From: Bacteriovoracaceae bacterium UBA6144 | GTDB taxonomy: Bacteria; Bdellovibrionota; Bacteriovoracia; Bacteriovoracales; Bacteriovoracaceae | DNA length: 64,000 nucleotides | Reading direction: 5' to 3' | Assembly (NCBI GenBank): GCA_002435705.1 | Contig: DIVA01000052.1 | Location: 89,936-153,935, forward strand | Part shown: positions 45,433 through 52,641 of the stretch, piece by piece | Numbering within the stretch: position 1 is the stretch's first letter | How the letters are laid out: each line of letters begins with the position of its first letter | Made by a program: the position numbers and the translations under genes | Notes under the pieces: generated by a model | Told to the model about the DNA's origin: nothing | The model's database searches: none | The model's input: the letters and a program-made list of their open reading frames with translations, nothing else

Positions 45433-46848
45433 ATGAAGTGGTTAGTTCACATCTTTTCAGTTTTGTTAACTTATGAATCATTCGCGAGTGATGTACCCAA
45501 GAATGAATGGCCTTTCTATAGCTTCCAGTTAGATGAGTATTCTATAAATGATAACGGTATTAATGATTTTAAAAGAAAAGGCTTTAAATCCAAAAAAGAA
45601 GTTGAAGCCATACTTTGTAAACAGATTCCAAAGAATTGCAAGCTAGATGACCACCCGAAAACAGCACCACATCCACGTGGGTTTCCAAATAGTTACTTTT
45701 TGTATCGATTGACTGAGTTGAGGAGTCATCCAAATAAAACATCATCTTTTGCTGGTTTTATGGTTGAAGCGGCTGGAATGGAAGGAGGCTATTTAGAGAT
45801 ATATGGCATCAGATGGTTGGAAAAGCCAGAGTTGGATGCTTCATTTGTCATGAATCTTAATGGCGAGAGAATGGGATTAATTAACTATCACCCACGTGTT
45901 TCTGACAAAAACTTTCCAAAAGATTTATATTTTTTGGCTTCGTCAGTTGTTGCTGAGCCCGAACCAGGAGTGGAAAAAGATTATTGGCTTGGTTTCAAGG
46001 ATTGGACTGACACTACAAAAAGACTGTGGTTTCAGAAAAAAACAAAGGTCTACACCCCTAAATACTCTGCATTTGCATTAAGTACAACAAACAGAGATGA
46101 CTATTTTAAAAAACTTTTTGAAATCTCTCCGCAAATTCAAGGATTCTACAATGCTGGAAGATTTGAGTTCGTTGATAATAATAAATTTAAGTTTTTGCAT
46201 GAGCCTGCTTTTTTTATTAAGGCCTTGGATGGGGATGATTTAGTTTTAACCTTTTTTGATTCTATAAGAAAATCTCAATACGTGGATCATGTTAAAGATT
46301 TTAATTTACGAAGTTTTAGTTATGGAGGTGAAGAAGATATTAGTGGAGTCTATATTGAGAGAATTGAGAAGAACAGTTTAGATAGTCCAATTAATTACAA
46401 TCCTGAAAGCAAAGAAGTGATGAATAATCATTCTGTAAAAAGAAATTTTAGTTTTTTTGTAGTCAACAACTATCCTTGTTACGATCTTAGATTATTTAAA
46501 AATGAGATTCATTTTATTGAAGAACCAATTTTTTGGTTTACGAGGCTTGCTGAAAAGAGGTTTCCTCCGCTTGAAATAAAAATACCTGTGGCAAATCTTT
46601 TTAATGGGATAAAACTAAAAGAGGGTATTTCAATTGTAGGATTTGACTCGCCATTAATCTTTGAACCAGCTATCCCAAACGATGAGGGTGCTGATCTTTT
46701 TCCTGTTGAAATGTATTTAAATTTTCAAAAATTGATTCAGAATCATCATTTTGCAAGAGTAATGTCGATTAAAGAGCGGAATGATTTGTTAGAGGAATCA
46801 AAAAAAATGAGGCTTGAGTACTGTAAGGATCGAAAGTTTGTTCCCTAG
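45433..46848 (+). CDS. secreted hypothetical protein (AT-rich islet, paralogue family A)
   Basis: Signal peptide MKWLVHIFSVLLTYESFA. 471 aa with no recognisable domain. Shares IPKxN..NCK and FDSPL motifs with the 47020/47271 product. Confidence 0.6.
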   Translation: MKWLVHIFSVLLTYESFASDVPKNEWPFYSFQLDEYSINDNGINDFKRKGFKSKKEVEAILCKQIPKNCKLDDHPKTAPHPRGFPNSYFLYRLTELRSHPNKTSSFAGFMVEAAGMEGGYLEIYGIRWLEKPELDASFVMNLNGERMGLINYHPRVSDKNFPKDLYFLASSVVAEPEPGVEKDYWLGFKDWTDTTKRLWFQKKTKVYTPKYSAFALSTTNRDDYFKKLFEISPQIQGFYNAGRFEFVDNNKFKFLHEPAFFIKALDGDDLVLTFFDSIRKSQYVDHVKDFNLRSFSYGGEEDISGVYIERIEKNSLDSPINYNPESKEVMNNHSVKRNFSFFVVNNYPCYDLRLFKNEIHFIEEPIFWFTRLAEKRFPPLEIKIPVANLFNGIKLKEGISIVGFDSPLIFEPAIPNDEGADLFPVEMYLNFQKLIQNHHFARVMSIKERNDLLEESKKMRLEYCKDRKFVP

Positions 46849-46854
46849 CCTTTT

Positions 46855-47013
46855 ATGTTTGCTCAGGATCAGGATGATTCTTATCACAAAGATTCAGTCA
46901 GGATGGAATCACAGAAACAAGTTGAAGTTGATATGTTTTATCAACAAAGAAAACTTATGGAATTGAAGCTTGAGATCGAAAAGAAGAAGTTAAAAGAAAA
47001 ATCGAGTAACTGA
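46855..47013 (+). CDS. possible 52-aa charged coiled-coil micro-ORF
   Basis: Hand-translated as MFAQDQDDSYHKDSVRMESQKQVEVDMFYQQRKLMELKLEIEKKKLKEKSSN. It fills the gap between two genes, but no clear RBS is present. Confidence 0.2.
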   Translation: MFAQDQDDSYHKDSVRMESQKQVEVDMFYQQRKLMELKLEIEKKKLKEKSSN

Positions 47014-47019
47014 GGCAAT

Positions 47020-47310
47020 ATGAAAAAATGTTTAACTCTTTTGGTTCTGCTAACATCCTTTATGTCAAACTATTTGCATGGTTACCAAGAAAACTATCAA
47101 GACCCCAAGGAGGACAGGGGTATTTTTCAACAGCTGTACCAGGGGGACGCGACGAAGATTGTAAATTTCTATAGTGTAAAAAATCTAGATTATATTTATA
47201 CCTCATATACTTCAATGCTCAAGTCTATTCCCAAGGAAAACTTTTCAATGCCGGGAGATCATGTCGAAAATTGCAAACGTTTTTTTTTAAGAGCAAGGCA
47301 TGTCCGTTAA
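47020..47310 (+). CDS. N-terminal fragment (signal peptide part) of a secreted hypothetical protein, interrupted at a T9 tract
   Basis: Signal peptide MKKCLTLLVLLTSFMS. The ORF terminates 22 nt after the T9 run, and its continuation lies in the -1 frame. Confidence 0.5.
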   Translation: MKKCLTLLVLLTSFMSNYLHGYQENYQDPKEDRGIFQQLYQGDATKIVNFYSVKNLDYIYTSYTSMLKSIPKENFSMPGDHVENCKRFFLRARHVR

Positions 47311-48179
47311 ACCAAAAAGAATATTACTTAATATACAAATTTTATAATGAACCTAGCAATGATTCACCTGTTACGGGGGCATTGTTTTTAGGGAGTGACA
47401 TAGATGGATACTCCAAAGATTTTGTTGGAAAAAAAATCGTGTGGAAAAGCTTCAACTTTTCTTTTGATGGGAAAAGCCTCAAAAGTAAAAGCATAGCATT
47501 CCCTTTTGAAAAAACCTACGAGTATACCTACCTAAAAGATGTTAAAAAGGTTTTAAATTCTCATGGGAATGAGGTTACTTGGATAAGGCTTATTGATACC
47601 CCAGAGGGAAGACCTGCCTGGTTTAATCTTAGTCAAGCTTTTGCTGATGAAATGGGAAATGTTGTAGAGAAATTTAGAAAAGAAAGCATGAAGATAGAAG
47701 GCCTAGAACACGGAAAAAATTTTTACATTTCTATGAATGATTTCAAGAGTAATACAATTGAAATTGAAATTATGGAAGAAGCTCGAAAGCCTAGCGACAA
47801 ACCAAAACCTATGGATCATGCTTTAGGATGGGTGAGAGGTAAATATTGTTTTGATAAAATTCAAAATGGCAGATTGTATTTTAGAGTTCAATACTTTCCA
47901 GGAATTGAAAAAGGCTTATCAACAGATCCAAAAATTTTGTCCGGTTATGAATATCTAGAAAAAAAATACAAAGACATGCCTGATCAAGTTTACTCAATAA
48001 ACTTAGATGAATACTTGAAAAAGGGATTTTTACGCTTCGTAAAGCCTGGAATTTATAAATGTAGTTTTGATTCACCACTTATGAATAAGGGGTTTGCGCT
48101 TTCAGATGAGGATAGGAAGAATGCACCAACTCTACCTTTTCCATCTGATGGGCCATTTATAATGAATTACCCAGACTAG
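47271..48179 (+). CDS. C-terminal part of the same secreted hypothetical protein (paralogue family A)
   Basis: 302-aa ORF whose only start is a TTG inside the upstream ORF. No signal peptide of its own. CSFDSPLMNKGF resembles VGFDSPLIFEPA in the 45433 product. Confidence 0.5.
   Translation: MQTFFFKSKACPLNQKEYYLIYKFYNEPSNDSPVTGALFLGSDIDGYSKDFVGKKIVWKSFNFSFDGKSLKSKSIAFPFEKTYEYTYLKDVKKVLNSHGNEVTWIRLIDTPEGRPAWFNLSQAFADEMGNVVEKFRKESMKIEGLEHGKNFYISMNDFKSNTIEIEIMEEARKPSDKPKPMDHALGWVRGKYCFDKIQNGRLYFRVQYFPGIEKGLSTDPKILSGYEYLEKKYKDMPDQVYSINLDEYLKKGFLRFVKPGIYKCSFDSPLMNKGFALSDEDRKNAPTLPFPSDGPFIMNYPD
47280..47288 (+). other. T9 homopolymer / U UUU UUU slippery heptamer at the junction of two overlapping ORFs
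   Basis: Read directly: CG TTTTTTTTT AAGAGC. T10, or a -1 slip on T_TTT_TTT (47280-47286), joins ...ENCKRFF to FKSKACPLN... Confidence 0.9.
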
Positions 48180-48260
48180 CCGGTTAACCTCTCCCCACTT
48201 ATTCTAGAACCTTTATGTTCACAGCCTGAGTTGATTTACCGAAAAGTTTGGACCTTTTTT

Positions 48261-48857
48261 TTAATTAACTCCAAACTGCCAAATAAATATCGCCACCACT
48301 CCGTAGAGAAGAATGTTGAACGCCGTCGTTACCCGCAGAATTTTAAGAAACTGAGGGTCCTCTTTACTGGCATACCAGATGGCCTTGTCACCTTTGGTTT
48401 TCTCACGCACGAGTTTTAAAAACGCATAGGCATACCAAATTTCGACAGACAGAGAAATGACGAGTGCGATAGCGAAGGCCTGTACCCACCAAGCTGCAGA
48501 GATAAAACTTTGGTGGCCATAGACATAAAAAAAGATAAGGCCTGCGAGCGTAAAAAAATCGTGACTGATGCCAATTTTAGGCGTCCAGTTTTTTGAAACA
48601 AAGAGCATGTACATTTCTGCTATTCCTCTGAGCCACATCGACAAACTCAAAAAGCCCCAGCCCCATAAAAAAGCATCGGGCCACTGATCTGTCAGAAGGG
48701 TGTAAGGAATGAAGAGGAACCAGACATAAATCGTCCAGTAAAGCCACAGACCTTTAGACGGAGCAATCGGCCCACCAAGGCGCTCGCCTTTGTTCTGTCT
48801 CCAAAAAATGGCAAAACCTAAAAGAGCACTAAGAATTGTTCCAATCATTAATGTCAT
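48261..48857 (-). CDS. polytopic membrane protein of unknown function
   Basis: 198 aa with about 6 hydrophobic helices, Trp/Phe-rich. Divergent from the GH3 operon. Confidence 0.5.
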   Translation of the reverse strand: MTLMIGTILSALLGFAIFWRQNKGERLGGPIAPSKGLWLYWTIYVWFLFIPYTLLTDQWPDAFLWGWGFLSLSMWLRGIAEMYMLFVSKNWTPKIGISHDFFTLAGLIFFYVYGHQSFISAAWWVQAFAIALVISLSVEIWYAYAFLKLVREKTKGDKAIWYASKEDPQFLKILRVTTAFNILLYGVVAIFIWQFGVN

Positions 48858-48894
48858 CTATTCCCCACTGGTAAGCCTCGGTTTATGATGAGTT

Positions 48895-50460
48895 ATGCTA
48901 AAGGCACTGGTGCATTTTATTTTAAAGCTTTATTCCCAAAAAAAATATCACTCTTTTTTGGAAGCCCGCTCGCATGTATCAAAGACCCAAGCGCAAAAGC
49001 TCAAGCTTATTTTTCAGACACTCTCAAGCACACAGCATTATGCATCTTTGGTTGATGGAAAGGATCTGACTTATGATCAGTTCGCCAAGAGATGGCCTGT
49101 GACGACCTATGCGGATTATCAAAACTTGATTGATCGGCAACGTGAAACGGAAGAGACCATTATCTCTTCTGTCCCTCAACGTTATCAGCCAACCAGTGGA
49201 TCAACTAACCAGCGTAAGTGGATTCCTTACACCAAAGAATTTCTGCGTGAACTTGATCAAGCAAGCCTTGTCTGGTTGCACGATCTCTATCTGGAGCATC
49301 CAAAAATTCGCCGTGGTACTCATTACTGGTCACTTTCGTGGCTGCCGAGTGACCTCAGGCATACCACCAGTAATGATGACTTAGACTATCTTGATGCCTT
49401 TACGAAAAATCTTTTGTCTCAAGTCATGGCCGTGCCTCAAGCGGTACAGAATACGGCAAGTCTCGAGTCATCGTTGTTTGCTACAATCTGCTACTTAGTG
49501 GCGCGTGAGGATTTAAGTTTTGTGTTCGTGTGGTCTCCCACATTTTTTCTGAGTCTCTTGCAGGAGATTAGTCTTAAGAGAGATAAAATTGTTAAGACGC
49601 TTGAAACAGGAGAGTGGAGTGAGCATGCGCTTGAGTTAGCTTCACTTTCAGCTCCAAGGTCAAAGGCCCAAGCTCAGTGCTTGAAGGATTTGAGCTTCTC
49701 TGCAGGATGGCCTCAAAAGCTATGGAGAGATTTGTCTCTTCTGAGTTGTTGGACCTCAGCTGATTCGGGGCAGTGGATCCCAAAAATTAAGACTCTCTGT
49801 CCAGAGCTTGAGATTCAAGGCAAAGGGCTCTTTGCGACTGAGGGCGTGGTGACGATTCCGGTGCAGGGTAAACTACACCTGAGTTTTCAGTCTCACTTCT
49901 ACGAGTTCTTGTTGCAAGATGGCTCAATTAAGCTCGCCCATCAATTAGTGCCAGGTGAGAAGGCGCGCGTCTTAATCACGAGTAGTCATGGACTTGTTAG
50001 ATACGATCTAGGGGATGAGCTTCGAGTGGTTGAAATGGTGGGCGAGTGTCCGGTGCTTGAATTTTTAGGTCGCGCTCTTACAGTTGATCTGGTGGGAGAA
50101 AAAATAAGCCATTCTTCTTTGCGACTCATTTTGCAAGACTTTCGCTCCCACTTCAAGGTTCAAGCTTTAGGCTTTCTGGCGGGATTAAACCCCGAGCTTA
50201 ACCAAGCCCAGTATGTCATAGTCATCGAAAGTCCTCTGGAGCAGAGACATTCTGAGTGGCTCGAAACTAACCTGCGGCAACATCATCACTACGCTCTGGC
50301 CCGTGAGTTAGGGCAGCTTGCCAGTGCTCGGGTTATTTATACTGCCAATGGCCTTGGCTTTTTTGATGAGCTTATTAAACTATACGGATGGAATAAGGGA
50401 GACGTGAAATGGGAGACTGTACTTAAAGTTCCCACACTCACGATAAATATAAATGAGTGA
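48895..50460 (+). CDS. GH3-family adenylate-forming acyl-acid amido synthetase-like protein
   Basis: YQPTSGSTNQRKWIPYT corresponds to the GH3 P-loop-like SSGTT.GK.K.IP motif. 521 aa, typical bacterial GH3 size. Confidence 0.6.
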   Translation: MLKALVHFILKLYSQKKYHSFLEARSHVSKTQAQKLKLIFQTLSSTQHYASLVDGKDLTYDQFAKRWPVTTYADYQNLIDRQRETEETIISSVPQRYQPTSGSTNQRKWIPYTKEFLRELDQASLVWLHDLYLEHPKIRRGTHYWSLSWLPSDLRHTTSNDDLDYLDAFTKNLLSQVMAVPQAVQNTASLESSLFATICYLVAREDLSFVFVWSPTFFLSLLQEISLKRDKIVKTLETGEWSEHALELASLSAPRSKAQAQCLKDLSFSAGWPQKLWRDLSLLSCWTSADSGQWIPKIKTLCPELEIQGKGLFATEGVVTIPVQGKLHLSFQSHFYEFLLQDGSIKLAHQLVPGEKARVLITSSHGLVRYDLGDELRVVEMVGECPVLEFLGRALTVDLVGEKISHSSLRLILQDFRSHFKVQALGFLAGLNPELNQAQYVIVIESPLEQRHSEWLETNLRQHHHYALARELGQLASARVIYTANGLGFFDELIKLYGWNKGDVKWETVLKVPTLTININE

Positions 50461-51514
50461 GTCATTAACAGAAAAAGATGGATTAATAAAAGAGAACTGG
50501 TATGTAGCCTGTCTGTCCTATGAAGTGGGTCAAGGTCAAGTCATTCAGCGGATTGTCTACGATCAGCCTTTGGCGATTTTTAGAACTCAGTCAGGTAAAG
50601 TTTCTATTTTACAAGATCGCTGCCTGCATCGCATGGCCTTGCTCTCCATGGGAGAGGTCAGAGGCGAGCATCTGACTTGTATGTACCACGGCTGGGAGTA
50701 CAACCGTGAAGGGCAAGTGCAACGTATCCCCTCTGAAGATCCCGAGTCCAAAGATCAAGCGCGCTACTGTCAGACGAAGATTTTCTCCTGTGAGCAAGAT
50801 GGTGCTATCTGGGTGTGGATGGGCCAAGGAGAGCCATCTTCAGCTACCCCTCCATGGAGATTTCCCGAACGGAATAATCCGGAGTGGGAGAGCTACTTCA
50901 TGATTACTGACTTTCCTAATGAAGTCACAAATCTGGCAGAGAATTTTATGGATGTGCCCCACACAGTGTATGTGCATCGCGGGTGGTTTCGAGATGAGCA
51001 AAAAGAGCGAAAAAAAATTCCTACCACTGTTGAAGTAGGCCAAGGACGAGTGTTAGTCACGTACCATCAGGAAAAAGATGAATTCAGTTGGGGCGCGCGA
51101 CTCCTGTTAAATCCTCATGGCGCCCCCATGAAGCACACGGATGAATTCATCTACCCCAATATCACCCGCGTCGACTATAGCTTTGGTTCCAACGGTTTTA
51201 TCATCAACTCTCAGGGGACTCCTGTCTCTCACATGAACACACGCGTCTACACCTACATTGCTTATAAAATTCCAATCTTCAAAAAAATACTCAAACCAGT
51301 CTTTGGGTATTACACTCGTCAGGTGATTGAGCAGGATGTGCTCATCATGCAAAACCAGGCCCGCTGTCTGAATCTGCATGACCAACAAAAATTCCACTCC
51401 ACTGATTGTGATGAACTCCACGTCCAGATAGAGCGGCTACGCTATTACGGTAAGACAGGTCATCCTTTGCTAAAAACCTACGAATCAAAAAAAGAGATTT
51501 ATTTTTGGATCTAA
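50453..51514 (+). CDS. Rieske [2Fe-2S] non-heme iron oxygenase (PaO/Tic55-like alpha subunit)
   Basis: Rieske motif CLHRMALLS...CMYHGWEY. Mononuclear iron motif ENFMDVPHTVYVH (E-x3-D-x2-H-x4-H). Confidence 0.85.
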   Translation: MSESLTEKDGLIKENWYVACLSYEVGQGQVIQRIVYDQPLAIFRTQSGKVSILQDRCLHRMALLSMGEVRGEHLTCMYHGWEYNREGQVQRIPSEDPESKDQARYCQTKIFSCEQDGAIWVWMGQGEPSSATPPWRFPERNNPEWESYFMITDFPNEVTNLAENFMDVPHTVYVHRGWFRDEQKERKKIPTTVEVGQGRVLVTYHQEKDEFSWGARLLLNPHGAPMKHTDEFIYPNITRVDYSFGSNGFIINSQGTPVSHMNTRVYTYIAYKIPIFKKILKPVFGYYTRQVIEQDVLIMQNQARCLNLHDQQKFHSTDCDELHVQIERLRYYGKTGHPLLKTYESKKEIYFWI

Positions 51515-52641
51515 TCTCTTTGCGTGATTTTACCTCAGGCTTTAAAGGTGTCTCGCTGGCCCGTGCGGAGGATTCTCAAGAGTTATGTGATTTCTTTGAA
51601 ATGAAGCCCATGAAAGGGGAGAGTCTCATCCTCACCTATCTGCGAAGACCTGATTTTTTTGGTTTACTGCGTGCGCACAGTTCTCGCTTTTTCGTGCTGA
51701 TCTTACGAAATCCTGAAGGAAAACTTATTGGTGCGGGCAGTATTGTCATCAGATCTGCGTATCATGAGGGAGCACTGATTGATGTAGCGTACTTGGGTGA
51801 TTTACGTGTGATCAATCCTCGACAGTCGGCACGCGCATGGAGAGATTTTTATTTAGCACTTTTGAATAATCGCCAGCAGATTCAGGAACTCAAAGATTGT
51901 CGCTACTTCTATACATGCATCTTGGAAGACAATAAGCAGGCACAAAAAGCCTTGGAAACAAAATCTCCTTTGGGGTATCACCTTTTTGAGCGCTACCAGA
52001 TGGTTAATGTTTTTTATAAAAAACCATGGGCCAAAATTAATACTGCTCTCACTTGTGTGACTCATCCCTCGGATAAAAAAATTCTAGATTTTCTAAGATT
52101 AAATCCAAGACCTTTGGGATTTGATTTTGAAGGATCTAAGCATCAGTGGCAGTGGCGTCAGTTAAACTGGCCTGGGTTTGAGAGCTATCCCAGTTTTGCC
52201 ATCTTCCAAGGTGAAGAGATGGTGGCATTTACCAAATTATGGTCCCCCCGCTTAGTGAAAAAGATTCGCTTAGATCGTGTACCAGTCACGCTCAAAATAC
52301 TTTTTAAGTTACTGTCACCTTGGATTCGCTTACCTCAAAGCGGTGAAGAATTTCAGGTCGTGTATATGAGTCTACTCACGTTTAAAAACGGAATGGCCGA
52401 GCAGGTCAGACAGGAAGCCATGAGTCTTCTCTTACTTCATGCTTTAGATTGGAGTAAGAAGCAGGGATTCCATGCCCTGAGTTTTGCAGATTTTGAAGCT
52501 TTTTCACTTGAACCCTCTCTCTCTGGTTACCTTACTCATAAAACTCCTTTAAAATTATACTTTGTTGATCCCGCAAGAGATCCTATGACAGATTTTTTGC
52601 AAGCAGGTGCACCTTCAGGATTTGAAATGAGTTTAGTTTAA
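51505..52641 (+). CDS. hypothetical protein, possible tandem GNAT-fold acyltransferase
   Basis: AYLGDLRV ... ILEDNKQAQKAL and a second half with ALDWSKKQGFHALSF resemble GNAT beta4-alpha3 / alpha4 elements. The TTG start overlaps the Rieske gene. Confidence 0.35.
   Translation: MDLISLRDFTSGFKGVSLARAEDSQELCDFFEMKPMKGESLILTYLRRPDFFGLLRAHSSRFFVLILRNPEGKLIGAGSIVIRSAYHEGALIDVAYLGDLRVINPRQSARAWRDFYLALLNNRQQIQELKDCRYFYTCILEDNKQAQKALETKSPLGYHLFERYQMVNVFYKKPWAKINTALTCVTHPSDKKILDFLRLNPRPLGFDFEGSKHQWQWRQLNWPGFESYPSFAIFQGEEMVAFTKLWSPRLVKKIRLDRVPVTLKILFKLLSPWIRLPQSGEEFQVVYMSLLTFKNGMAEQVRQEAMSLLLLHALDWSKKQGFHALSFADFEAFSLEPSLSGYLTHKTPLKLYFVDPARDPMTDFLQAGAPSGFEMSLV

Noticed and set aside
45321-48260. AT-rich islet as a mobile element or prophage remnant.
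   Set aside because: No integrase, transposase, tRNA attachment site or terminal repeats could be seen, so only the compositional anomaly is reported.
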